Assembly (NCBI GenBank): GCA_047921455.1
Contig: JBLRWC010000005.1
Location: 13,157-77,156 of the forward strand
Source of the DNA: Gammaproteobacteria bacterium
Lineage (GTDB): Bacteria; Pseudomonadota; Gammaproteobacteria; Steroidobacterales; XN24
Direction: 5' to 3'
Length of the DNA stretch: 64,000 bases
The notes beneath the pieces were generated by a model that ran no database searches, was not told where the DNA came from, and worked only from the letters and a program-made list of their open reading frames with translations. Shown piece by piece: positions 46,927-56,739 of this stretch (its first letter is position 1; every line of letters begins with the position of its first letter). Both the position numbers and the translations under genes were made by a program.

Positions 46927-49281
46927 CTACTGTTCAGCCGGCCGGTCGTGCTGATACTTCGCGGGTAACAACCAGGTCGCCAACGCCGGCAACAGCAAGA
47001 TGGCGCCGAACATGTTCACCAGGAACATGAAAGTCAGCAGAATGCCCATGTCCGCCTGGAACTGCAGCGGCGAGAATACCCATGTAAACACGCCGATCGC
47101 CAGCGTAATTCCGGTGAAGACCACGGCGTTGCCCGTCACTCTCAAGGTCATCCGGTAAGCGCCCTGGATACTGAGCCCTTGTTTCAGGAAGTACTGGAAG
47201 CGGCTGAAAATATAGATCCCGTAATCCACGCCGATGCCGACCCCCAGGGCCGCCACGGGCAGGGTATTGACCTTCAGGCCGATTTCCAGGAACGCCATCA
47301 ACGCATATGCCAGCAAGGACACCAGCGCCAAGGGTATGACGATACAGGCCACCGCGCGCAGTGACCGGAAACTGGCCCAGCACAGCAGAATCACGGCGCC
47401 AAACACGTAAATCAGGATGGGAAACTGGGAGGCGGCCACCTCCTCGTTCATCGCCGCCATCACACCGACGTTACCCGTGGCCAGCCGGAATTCGGTGCTT
47501 TCGAAGGCGAACTCCTCGCGCCAGGCCTTGACCTCCTCGACCACCGTCTCGATAGTTTCCGCCTTGTGATCTTCCGTGAAAACCATCACGGGAATCACGC
47601 TGCAGTCGGCGTTGAGCAAGCCGGTGCTGGTTTCCACCCGCGCCAGCGCCTGCACCAGGACCTGTTCGTTACGTGACAGGGCGCGCCACGCCGGAAAGCC
47701 CTCGTTCCAGCCGGCAGTGACGATCTTGGCGACCTGCGGCAACGCCACCACGGTCTGGACGCCGGGCACATTCCGCATATGCCAGGCAAACTCATCGATG
47801 AGTTGCATAACCGAGTGGTCGATGCAGCCGTTCGGGCCGACCTCCACGATGACGTTGATCAAATCTACGCCGATGGAAAAATGCTCGGTGATGGCCTGCG
47901 AGTCGAGGTTGTAACGCGAATCGGGCCGCAGCTCCGGCACGCCGGCATGCAGATCGCCGATGCGCACCTGCGATCCTTTCCAGGCGCCGAACAGGAACAG
48001 GGCCACGGCAATCGCAATAATGACGGTCGCCGGGCCGCGCGTCGAAACTTTTGACAGGGTGTCCCACAGCGGCGCCATCTGTTGCGCACGATTCTGCAGT
48101 TTCTGCTTGTATTTCGGCCCGGGCTGCACATAGCTGATGAGGACCGGCAGCAACACCAGGTTCGTCAGGATGATGCACGCCACGCCGAGCGAGGCCATGA
48201 TCGCCATTTCCTGGATGATGCGAATCTCGATGAACAGGATAGTAATAAAGCCGATGGTGTCCGAGATCAGCGCGATCCCTCCCGGCACCAGCAAGCGACG
48301 GAAAGTACTGCGCGCCGCGGCTTCCGGACCGGCGCCGTCGTAAACCTCCGCCGCATAACCCGAAATCATCTGCACGCCGTGCGACACGCCGATGGCGAAC
48401 ACGAGGAATGGCACCAGCAGGCCCATCGGGTCGATGCCGAAACCAAGCAACGGCAGGGCGCCGAGTTCCCAGATGACGGCAAAAATGCTGCATACGAGCG
48501 GCACCAGGGTCAGCCTCAGCGACTGGCTGTAGATGAACACCAGCAAGGCGGTGATCAGCAGCGCCACGCCAAAGAACAGCACGATCCGGTTCGCGCCTTC
48601 CTTGATGTCACCGACTACCTTGGCAAAGCCGATGATGTGAACCTTGATCTGGTCAGTCTGGAATTCTTCGCGCACCTGCTCCTCGAGCAGCCGCGCGACG
48701 TCAAAATAGTCGAGCCGCTCCTGCGTGTCCGGATTGATTTCCAGCAGCTGTGCACTAATGATTGCACCGGAAAAATCGTTGGCCACGAGGCGGCCGACAA
48801 TGCCGGCCTTGAGGATGTTTTCCCTGACTCGCTCCAGCCCCCGCGGGGTCGCCTGGAAGTCGGCCGGGATGACGTCGCCCGCCTCGATCCCCTCCTCGGT
48901 AACCTCGAGGTAGCGCACATTCGGTGTGAAAATCGAGGTGACGCGCGCCCGGTCCACCCCGGGGATGAAAAACACCGCGTCCGTTGCGGCGCCGAGAGTG
49001 CGGAAGAACTCCGCATTGAACATGTCGCCGCTCTCGTCCATCAACGCGATCAGGATCCGGTCAGCGCCGCCGAAGTCCTCGTAGTGCTCGAGGAAGGTCT
49101 CCATGTACTCGTGCTCGAGCGGCAATTGCTTGCTGAAACCCGCGTCGACGCGCAGGCCGCTGATCGCACTCCATGCCAGCAGCAAGGTGGCCACGGCAAA
49201 CACGGCGATCACGGCCGGGCGGTTGCCAAAAATGAAATTTTCGAGGGCTGAGATGATCCGGGAAGGGGTGGCGGCCGACAT
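46927..49281 (-). CDS. RND-superfamily / MMPL-like transporter (12 TM, two periplasmic loops)
   Basis: The 784-aa ORF has two repeated halves, each with a large loop followed by a 5-TM bundle (SQSLRLTLVPLVCSIFAVIWELG; FRSLRAVACIVIPLALVSLLAYA). It is the last gene of the DUF1302 cluster. Confidence 0.8.
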   Translation of the reverse strand: MSAATPSRIISALENFIFGNRPAVIAVFAVATLLLAWSAISGLRVDAGFSKQLPLEHEYMETFLEHYEDFGGADRILIALMDESGDMFNAEFFRTLGAATDAVFFIPGVDRARVTSIFTPNVRYLEVTEEGIEAGDVIPADFQATPRGLERVRENILKAGIVGRLVANDFSGAIISAQLLEINPDTQERLDYFDVARLLEEQVREEFQTDQIKVHIIGFAKVVGDIKEGANRIVLFFGVALLITALLVFIYSQSLRLTLVPLVCSIFAVIWELGALPLLGFGIDPMGLLVPFLVFAIGVSHGVQMISGYAAEVYDGAGPEAAARSTFRRLLVPGGIALISDTIGFITILFIEIRIIQEMAIMASLGVACIILTNLVLLPVLISYVQPGPKYKQKLQNRAQQMAPLWDTLSKVSTRGPATVIIAIAVALFLFGAWKGSQVRIGDLHAGVPELRPDSRYNLDSQAITEHFSIGVDLINVIVEVGPNGCIDHSVMQLIDEFAWHMRNVPGVQTVVALPQVAKIVTAGWNEGFPAWRALSRNEQVLVQALARVETSTGLLNADCSVIPVMVFTEDHKAETIETVVEEVKAWREEFAFESTEFRLATGNVGVMAAMNEEVAASQFPILIYVFGAVILLCWASFRSLRAVACIVIPLALVSLLAYALMAFLEIGLKVNTLPVAALGVGIGVDYGIYIFSRFQYFLKQGLSIQGAYRMTLRVTGNAVVFTGITLAIGVFTWVFSPLQFQADMGILLTFMFLVNMFGAILLLPALATWLLPAKYQHDRPAEQ

Positions 49282-49284
49282 TCG

Positions 49285-50361
49285 CTAATCTCTCCCCGTT
49301 CTGTGCTGCTCGATGCGCTCGATACCCGGTTCGCCGATGACTATCAGCGCACCGTCGGTGGTCGCCACCGCGCCGACCAACGCCATTCGATCCGGCCGCT
49401 GTTCGAGGCGAAACCGATCGCCTTCCCGGCTGATCAGCATCACGCCGGCCGTGCCCACCACGGCAACGCCGCCATCGGCGAGCCGGGCGCCGCCGAACAG
49501 CGACGTATCGACCGGCAGCGTGATGCCGCGCCAGTTTTCGCCTCCATCCCAGCTGCGGAACATATTGCCGCGCAAGCCGAACACCAGCAATGAATCGTCA
49601 GCCAGCCGCACGCCGCCGAAAAAAGAACCTTCGTAGGACGGATCGAGGGCGATCCAGGTAAAACCGCCGTCGTCGGAACGAAATATCGTGCCGGCCTCCG
49701 CCGCCAGGAAAACTTCGCCGTTCCCCGGAATAATGCGGTTCAGGTGCAGGTCGCCGGCAATGCCGCCGAGCTCCCCGTCGTCCCAGCCGGCATCGTCGTC
49801 GTCGGCATACTCGTCATCAGCATCCTGGTCCGCGTCAGGATCTGCCACATCACCGTACTCGACGAAATCCAGTTCCTCTTCCTGCCAACTCAAGCCGCCG
49901 TCGGCGCTGCGCAGGAAATAGCCGTAAGCACCGATTGCGAAGCCATTCGATTCATCGGCAAACCAGACGTCCAGCAGCGGCGTCTCAAACTCGGGCGCCC
50001 AGTGGACCCGGCACCAGGTTTCGCCGCCGTCCTCGGTTCGCAAAATAACCGCGTCGTGGCCCACGGCCCAGCCGAGGTTGCGGTCGTGGAACCAGACGCC
50101 GGTCAACAGCGACCGGGTCGGCGTACGCTTCTGGGTCCAGTTACGTCCATCGTCTTCGCTGATGAGCACATGGCCACGGTCACCCACGGCGACGAAAGTC
50201 GCACCGACCTGCGCAATATCGAGCATGAGCGACTCAGTCGCGAGGGGCTTGACCAGGGACCACTCGCTCTCCGGCACGGGCGCCTCGCAAGCGGCGCGCG
50301 CAGCCATGGGAAACGCAACGAGCAGCAACGCCAGCAGCGGGAAAGGTACGATTCTGGGCAC
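49285..50361 (-). CDS. Exported Ycf48-like / BNR-type beta-propeller protein
   Basis: The ORF has a GTG start and a signal peptide. It has repeated SxDxGxxW-like blades (SEDDGRNWT, TEDGGETWC, SADGGLSWQ, SDDGGFTWI, SWDGGENWR). Confidence 0.7.
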   Translation of the reverse strand: MPRIVPFPLLALLLVAFPMAARAACEAPVPESEWSLVKPLATESLMLDIAQVGATFVAVGDRGHVLISEDDGRNWTQKRTPTRSLLTGVWFHDRNLGWAVGHDAVILRTEDGGETWCRVHWAPEFETPLLDVWFADESNGFAIGAYGYFLRSADGGLSWQEEELDFVEYGDVADPDADQDADDEYADDDDAGWDDGELGGIAGDLHLNRIIPGNGEVFLAAEAGTIFRSDDGGFTWIALDPSYEGSFFGGVRLADDSLLVFGLRGNMFRSWDGGENWRGITLPVDTSLFGGARLADGGVAVVGTAGVMLISREGDRFRLEQRPDRMALVGAVATTDGALIVIGEPGIERIEQHRTGRD

Positions 50362-50441
50362 GACCAGTGCGCCTCGCTCTACGAGTGGAGCCGAATGGCA
50401 AAGCGGGGGGCCCCAAAATGGGCACCCCCCCGCCAGGCCGC

Positions 50442-51821
50442 CTAGCGCACGCCAGCCCGGCGTAGCGACGCCGGACTGAAGTCAGCCGGTGTGTACTTCG
50501 GACTGAAGTCGTACGTACCACGTTCCTCGTTATTCAGGCCAATCCCCAGGTAACGACCCGACTGCAAGTCCATCGTCAGCTCGAGCGTCGTCCAGAAGGA
50601 CGGCAAGTCGTAGTAATTGATCGAGTGTGCTTCCTGCACGCGCCACATCTGGTCCCGGTTGTCATAGCAATCCACGACCATGGCCTGCCAGGAGTCTTCG
50701 TCGATATAGAACGTCCGCCGCTTGTAGAGGTGCCGCGTACCTTCTTTCAGGGTCGCATCCACCACCCAGACACGATGCAGCTCGTAGCGCACGTATTCCT
50801 GGTTGATGTGCAACGGTTTCAGGATGTCGTCGTACTTGAGCTGGTTGCTGTGCAGCTTGTAGCTGTTGTACGGAACCAGCATTTCCTTGCGGCCGACCAG
50901 TTCCCAGTTGTAGCGCTCCGGGCTGCCGTTGAAGATATCGAGCTGGTCCGAGGTCGCCAGGCCATCTGCCGCCGTACGCGGATTGTCATGCGCGACGTTC
51001 GGTGCACGCCGCACCCGGCGTTGCCCCGGGTTGTACAGCCACGCCTTGCGATTCTCCAGCGCCTGGTTGAGCGTTTCGTGGACCAGCAGCACTTCGCCGG
51101 CGAGGCGGGCGGGCGCGGTCACGGTCTGCTTGAAGAAGAGGATGATGTTGTCGAGATCCTCCTCGCGCGCACCTTCCAACCCATAGGCGCCGAGATACTC
51201 GTCGGTGAACATCACCATCGTGTAGTTGCCGTCGCGCGTCACGGCGGCCTGGCCAATGGTGCGCCGCGCACTGTCCGTGCGATAACGCGCAATGTGGTTC
51301 CAGATGGCATGCAAGCCGTTTTCCGGGATCGGGAAGGGAATGCCTTCAGCGCCCCCGCTGAAGCCGTTGCCGTCCTCGATCAGGTGCGTATGCGGGGCAA
51401 TCCGCTTGGTGGCTTCGTATATGCGCTCCGGCATCGCGGCACTGCGTCGGGTCGGATAGACATCCATGAAGTAGTCCGGGTAGGTCCGGAACATGGCCTT
51501 GTGGCCTTCCGTGAGGATGTCGGCGTAGTCCGCCATATTGGCGGCCGTAATCCGGTACAGCGGCTGGTCATCGGCGTAGGGGTCGGGGTGATGGCCGCCG
51601 GACACGAAGTCCGGAAAACCAGCCTCCGCCGGGCTGCGCAGACCGCCGGTCCACTCGGGGATTGTGCCGGCTTCGTTGCCGGCGCGAATGGCGCCGATCG
51701 GCGTCAGGTCTGCGCCAAGGCGGGCGAGCTGGTCCGGCGACAGGCGCTCGGCAGTTGCCGGGGCCGCGAGGCCGACCAGGGCCAGCATGGCGATGCCCTT
51801 GAAGAGTCTGGATTTGATCAT
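50442..51821 (-). CDS. DUF1329-family periplasmic protein (LolA-like fold family)
   Basis: The 459-aa ORF has an AAGGA SD and a signal peptide (AMLALVGLAAPATA). The family call is from overall pattern and its conserved position beside DUF1302. Confidence 0.65.
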   Translation of the reverse strand: MIKSRLFKGIAMLALVGLAAPATAERLSPDQLARLGADLTPIGAIRAGNEAGTIPEWTGGLRSPAEAGFPDFVSGGHHPDPYADDQPLYRITAANMADYADILTEGHKAMFRTYPDYFMDVYPTRRSAAMPERIYEATKRIAPHTHLIEDGNGFSGGAEGIPFPIPENGLHAIWNHIARYRTDSARRTIGQAAVTRDGNYTMVMFTDEYLGAYGLEGAREEDLDNIILFFKQTVTAPARLAGEVLLVHETLNQALENRKAWLYNPGQRRVRRAPNVAHDNPRTAADGLATSDQLDIFNGSPERYNWELVGRKEMLVPYNSYKLHSNQLKYDDILKPLHINQEYVRYELHRVWVVDATLKEGTRHLYKRRTFYIDEDSWQAMVVDCYDNRDQMWRVQEAHSINYYDLPSFWTTLELTMDLQSGRYLGIGLNNEERGTYDFSPKYTPADFSPASLRRAGVR

Positions 51822-51842
51822 GGGTTCAGTATCCTTTCGATC

Positions 51843-53930
51843 CTAGAACGACACTTTGGCCGTAACCGAGATGAAGTCGCGGTCACGGGCCGTGTTGTAA
51901 ATGCCTGCTCCGCCGAACTCGGCGTAGTTCAACTCGAGTTCGTACTTGTTTCGCAGCGTTCCCTTGAGGCCTAGCGAAAGAGACTGGCGCCCCTCGATGA
52001 AGTTCCCGGCGGGTCCCGGGCTGTTGCCATTCACGTCATGCGACCAGCCCACGGTCGGCGCCAATGTCCATGGCCCGATCGCGTTGTTGTAGACCAGTGT
52101 TCCGCGAAGGCGATATCCCCAGGAGGTGGAATGCGGGAAGGAATCACGCGGATCGAGCTCGAAGAAATGTGTGCTGGACAATTGCTCGTTACCCGACAGC
52201 GAAGTCCCCTCGCCGTTCAGCCGCAGGCCGCGATTGTTCGGTCCGCCGGACCGCGTGTCGGGCAGGTCGGGGACATAGTTCACGCCGCCCTCGAGAACGA
52301 AGGCGCCTGTATCCGCGCCCAGCATCGGGCCGGAGAGGTAAACGAAGGTCGTCTGCGCCTGCCACACGTCGATCTCGACATAGCCAGGAATCAACGAATT
52401 CAGGCCGAACAGGCCGATCTGGTTGAAACACCCCAGCGGGCCCACCGCATTCGGATTGGTCGGGCAAACAAAGTCCGGATTCGGCGCAAGATTGTCGAGC
52501 GGTCCGAGCGCCGCGAACAGCAGTTCCACGTCGTCGAGCTGCAGTGGCGAATCGGGCTTGTACGAAATCTCGCCCTGCCAGGCGATACCGGTGTTGCCGA
52601 GGTAACCGCTCCAGCTGACGCCGAAGAGGTCGAGATTCTCCGGATACTCGGTGAAGTAGCGCGAGGTCCCGGCCAGCTCGTTTTGCGCGAAACTGCTGGC
52701 CAGCGCGGACAGCACCTCCGCACCCCCGCCCAGGAAGGCGTTTGCGCCGACCGTCGCCCGTTCGCGCACCTGCGCCGCGGCGATGTCGCCGCCGAGGTTG
52801 GCAGCCGCGTTCATACCCTGCGCAGTGGCCGTCGTGACTGCGGCGTCAAAGGACAAACCCGAGGCCAACCCGATCGCGGCCGCCTGTGCAGCCGTGGCCA
52901 CTGCCGCTGCATTACCGAAGCCCGCCTGCGTACCGGTGAACCCGCTGACCAGCGGCAGGCGGCTGTGGTAACGCAAATAATAGAAGCCGAACTCCATGCC
53001 ACCCATCAACTGGTCGGCGAAGTAACGCAGCGCGATGCCGTACTGCCCGCTGTCCTTGGCAGGGATCGTATCCCCGCGCGGCACAAATATGAACTCGGAA
53101 TCGAAATCGCCGCCGAGCGGACTGAAATCCGTACCGAGGTCCGACCACCGGCCAAAGCCGAGCATCGCCTTGGTGCCGCCCTTGCCGGCCAGGTCGTTGG
53201 TCGAGAAAAAAGTGCCTACGGGGTCGGGTTTGACCTTCCGCCAGTCGTACTGGTAATAGGCCTCGATGCTGAAGTTTTCGGTCGGCGAAAGGTTTACATA
53301 CGCCATGCCCTGGGGCACCAGCGCATCCCGCAACTCAGAACCCGGTACGCGCAGCTGCGCGACGTCCACCGGATTGGTGAGGTTGATGCCGCCCTGGATA
53401 AACGTGCTTTCGCCCCAGCTGATCACCTGGTTGCCGACGCGAAACTCGCCGGGCGTATTACCGATGGTGAAGGGGACGAAGACAAAGTAATCGAGCATCC
53501 GGCCGCCCTGCTCGACCTGGTTAAGAACGCCGTCGCTCAACTCGGTGCGATTGGTATTGGCCGCCTCCCAATCGTAGAAGGTGTTGCCGCGCGCAAACAG
53601 GCCCCACGAATCACGGAACCGCAATTCGATTTCGGATGTCGCCTTGACCGCGTGCGAGACGATCCCGGTATCGAAGTTCAGATTACCATCGTCGATATTG
53701 GCGCCGCGTCCGCAACCGCCGTTCGCATTCGCGATGAGTCGGCAGTCAGGGCTCTGGACGCGCCACAGCGCGCCGTAGGACAACGTCGTGTCCCAGCTGC
53801 CCGACCAATTATCAGTTTCGATTGGCACCGCCGAAGCCGGCGCTGCAAAGCTTGCAGCAAGCGCGGTCGCGATTGCGGTTGCCAGGAGGCGTCCGTTCGT
53901 CGGACGGGCCCTGGAGGGTTGCGTGCTCAT
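51843..53930 (-). CDS. DUF1302-family outer-membrane beta-barrel protein
   Basis: The 695-aa ORF has a GGGGAG SD and a signal peptide (AIATALAASFAAPASA). It has alternating beta-strand character and ends in Phe (VTAKVSF). Confidence 0.65.
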   Translation of the reverse strand: MSTQPSRARPTNGRLLATAIATALAASFAAPASAVPIETDNWSGSWDTTLSYGALWRVQSPDCRLIANANGGCGRGANIDDGNLNFDTGIVSHAVKATSEIELRFRDSWGLFARGNTFYDWEAANTNRTELSDGVLNQVEQGGRMLDYFVFVPFTIGNTPGEFRVGNQVISWGESTFIQGGINLTNPVDVAQLRVPGSELRDALVPQGMAYVNLSPTENFSIEAYYQYDWRKVKPDPVGTFFSTNDLAGKGGTKAMLGFGRWSDLGTDFSPLGGDFDSEFIFVPRGDTIPAKDSGQYGIALRYFADQLMGGMEFGFYYLRYHSRLPLVSGFTGTQAGFGNAAAVATAAQAAAIGLASGLSFDAAVTTATAQGMNAAANLGGDIAAAQVRERATVGANAFLGGGAEVLSALASSFAQNELAGTSRYFTEYPENLDLFGVSWSGYLGNTGIAWQGEISYKPDSPLQLDDVELLFAALGPLDNLAPNPDFVCPTNPNAVGPLGCFNQIGLFGLNSLIPGYVEIDVWQAQTTFVYLSGPMLGADTGAFVLEGGVNYVPDLPDTRSGGPNNRGLRLNGEGTSLSGNEQLSSTHFFELDPRDSFPHSTSWGYRLRGTLVYNNAIGPWTLAPTVGWSHDVNGNSPGPAGNFIEGRQSLSLGLKGTLRNKYELELNYAEFGGAGIYNTARDRDFISVTAKVSF

Positions 53931-54168
53931 GAAGACTCCCCAGTTTCTGAATTGTGTTATGCACGAGTCCCCGCAGCCGGTCTTGCCCGGTGCGTGCCGC
54001 TACTCTTACAGAAACCGTGCCCGGAAAACAACATCTTGACGCAACAAGCGCCGAGATACGGTTTATCGCTATCAATGGCTGTTGCGTATGCACCAAGACA
54101 GCAGCGATAGCTGCCGGCGACGGATGAGCCTGCGCGCTGCAACGCAGCATGAAGGGCGGCCGGAGCAG

Positions 54169-56658
54169 CTACAGATTCATGGCCTGCAACACGTCCTGCC
54201 GCAACCGGTCGCCGAGAAAAGTCCGCGCCTCGTCCATGGCACGGACCAGTCCATCGTCGAATACCAGCAGGCCGGTTTCGTCGGTGCGCAACACGCCGTT
54301 ACGACGCAGCCGGCCGATGAAGCCGCGGAACAGCGTCTTGTCGAAAAACTCCGGCGCGCTGAACTGGAACAACATGGACATCCGTTGCGCCATCAGGTGA
54401 CACAAGTCCTCGAGCTCGCGCGGGCGCAGGGTGCCCGAGCCGTGTTTCGCGAGCAGCGCCGCGGTCATGTAAAACCGCTCCAGCGTCTGCACGGAACATT
54501 GCGCGAGAATCCATAGCTGGATGGCTTCCGGGGTATGCGGCGGGGGCCGGTGCAGGCAGGGCTGACCATTGTTGTCATCCCGCCGCAGCAGGCCCTGCTC
54601 AACCAGCATGTCGATATTCCGCGTCAGCTCGGCCTCGACCTCCGCTGGCTGCCAGCGCAGAAAAAGCTCGCCGCCGAGGTACGGATAAACCATGCGGGCG
54701 AGACCATGCACGCGCTCGACCGCCAGCACGGATTTATCCAGGAAACAGCAGGCCACCAGGGACGGCAGCGCCATCAGGTGGCCAATGTTGTTGCGGAAGT
54801 AAGTGGCGAGCAGCGCTTCCTTTTGCGAAAGCGAAATAATGTCCCCGAGCTGGTGAGTCCGGCGCTCGAGCAGCCCCATTCGCTCCCCATACGCGATCAT
54901 CTCGGCGCCGCCCTGCTCGGTGACTGTCACGCCCTCGTCGTACGGCGCCTTGCGCAGGATGGTCGCGAACAATTCCAGCATGCGTACCAGCGGCTGCTCG
55001 ACCATGCTCTGGCGGGGCGTCGCCAGCAAAGCCATCGCCAGCAGGTTGATGGGACTGACGGCGGCCGCGGCATTGATGCGCGTCATGATCTCGTCGCCCA
55101 GCTGCTCGACCACCGGTGTGGTCCAGGCCGGCTTCTGGTCTTCTTCGAATACCTCCTCGCGCCAGCCGGGCCGGTGCGCCTCAAGCACCTCGTCGAGGAA
55201 GAAAGGCCGCCCGAAATTCACATGCACGCGACCGAACTCGCGCCGCAATTGCCGCACCGACTTGAGCATGCCGAACACACTCTCCTTTTGCTTCGGCCGG
55301 CCCGACAGCTCCGAGACGTAGGAACGTCCCTCGAACAAGCGCTCGTAACCGAAATAGACGGGCACAAAAACCACCGGGCGCACTGGCTCGTGGAGGTAGG
55401 CCCGCACCGTCATGGCCAGCATGCCCACCTTGGGTGGCAACAGCCGCCCCGTGCGGCTTCGACCACCCTCGATGAAGTACTCCATTGCGACGCCCTTGGC
55501 GAGATTCAGCGCGAAGTACCGGCGGAACACGGCGGCATAGAGCGGATCGTCGCGAAAGCTGCGCCGCATGAAAAATGCGCCGCCGGTACGCAGGAACGGC
55601 CCGATCACCGGCAGGTTCAAGTTGATCCCGGCGGCAATGTGCGGCGGCACCAGGCCGTTCCGATACACCACGTAGGACAGCAACATGTAATCGATGTGGC
55701 TGCGGTGACAGGGCACGTAAACGATTTCGTTGCCTTCCGCGACCGCTTTCAGCCGCTCAATCCCGCCGACATCGACACCGTCGTAAAGCCGGTTCCAAAG
55801 CCAGCCCAGCACGCGCTCCATCACGCGCACGGTCGTATAGCTGTAATTGGCGGCAATCTCGTTGGCGTAGCGGCGGGCCCTGGCCACCGATTTCTGGATT
55901 GGCAGCTTGTTGATCTCGCTATGACGTCGAATAGCGCGTCGCACGGGATCCGAATTGAGCACCTGGTTGAGCAGCGTGCGGCGATGGGACAGGTCGGGGC
56001 CGATGGTGGCGATTCGCAGGCGCCGGAAGTGCACACGCAACACGCGCCCGAGCTTGCGCGCGACCAGCGCGGGATTGGGGCTCTCGCTCACCAGCTGTGA
56101 CAGGCGCACCGGCTCGCTGAACTGGACCAGCACATCACGCCCGTGGAACACGATGATGAACAGCTTGCGCAACCGGCCGACGATCCCCCAGCCCTCGGCG
56201 AACAGGAGCTTGAAAAACGAGCCTTCCTTCTCCGGCGAACGGCCCCAGAACACGGTGACCGGAACGATCGCAATGTCCTTGGCGTGGCCCGCCTGGACGG
56301 CCTCGGCGAGCCGTTCGAGGCGGCCCGGTCGCCGTTTGCGGCCGCGCCGCCGTCCCCGCCGCAGGTAGGCGATGGCGCGCCACTCCTTCACTTCATCAAG
56401 CACCAGCCCCGCGCTGGGGCGCGGCAGGCCGTGGCGCAGGCACTGCTGTTCGAGCACGGCGAGGTCTCCCATGCCCGGGTGCTCGAGCACATAACAAACC
56501 GGCAGCTCGGCGAGGGCCTTGAGGCGTTCCAGCTGCGTATCGATCGTGCGCGCGCGCACCCAGAGGAACAATAACTTCCTCGTCAATAACAGCGCCAGGC
56601 GCCAAAGTCCGTGCCATGGATACATGAGGTCCGGAAGTGTACCCGCCGGATGGGTCAC
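54169..56658 (-). CDS. plsB: Glycerol-3-phosphate 1-O-acyltransferase
   Basis: The 829-aa ORF has the acyltransferase motif VPCHRSHIDYMLLSY, then FFMRRSF and IEGGRSRTGRLL. The start is GTG 56658 or ATG 56625. Confidence 0.9.
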   Translation of the reverse strand: MTHPAGTLPDLMYPWHGLWRLALLLTRKLLFLWVRARTIDTQLERLKALAELPVCYVLEHPGMGDLAVLEQQCLRHGLPRPSAGLVLDEVKEWRAIAYLRRGRRRGRKRRPGRLERLAEAVQAGHAKDIAIVPVTVFWGRSPEKEGSFFKLLFAEGWGIVGRLRKLFIIVFHGRDVLVQFSEPVRLSQLVSESPNPALVARKLGRVLRVHFRRLRIATIGPDLSHRRTLLNQVLNSDPVRRAIRRHSEINKLPIQKSVARARRYANEIAANYSYTTVRVMERVLGWLWNRLYDGVDVGGIERLKAVAEGNEIVYVPCHRSHIDYMLLSYVVYRNGLVPPHIAAGINLNLPVIGPFLRTGGAFFMRRSFRDDPLYAAVFRRYFALNLAKGVAMEYFIEGGRSRTGRLLPPKVGMLAMTVRAYLHEPVRPVVFVPVYFGYERLFEGRSYVSELSGRPKQKESVFGMLKSVRQLRREFGRVHVNFGRPFFLDEVLEAHRPGWREEVFEEDQKPAWTTPVVEQLGDEIMTRINAAAAVSPINLLAMALLATPRQSMVEQPLVRMLELFATILRKAPYDEGVTVTEQGGAEMIAYGERMGLLERRTHQLGDIISLSQKEALLATYFRNNIGHLMALPSLVACCFLDKSVLAVERVHGLARMVYPYLGGELFLRWQPAEVEAELTRNIDMLVEQGLLRRDDNNGQPCLHRPPPHTPEAIQLWILAQCSVQTLERFYMTAALLAKHGSGTLRPRELEDLCHLMAQRMSMLFQFSAPEFFDKTLFRGFIGRLRRNGVLRTDETGLLVFDDGLVRAMDEARTFLGDRLRQDVLQAMNL

Positions 56659-56739
56659 ACGTCAGTCCAAGGCGGGCGCGCGACCGTCCCGGTTGGTGTT
56701 CGAGAGCCATGCCCATTAACCTTGGGCCGCGATATCGCG

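Noticed and set aside
52038-54110. A 690-aa plus-strand ORF.
   Set aside because: It is antisense to the DUF1302 barrel gene. It has low-complexity Arg/Gly/Gln composition and no SD or recognisable domain. I treat it as a shadow ORF.
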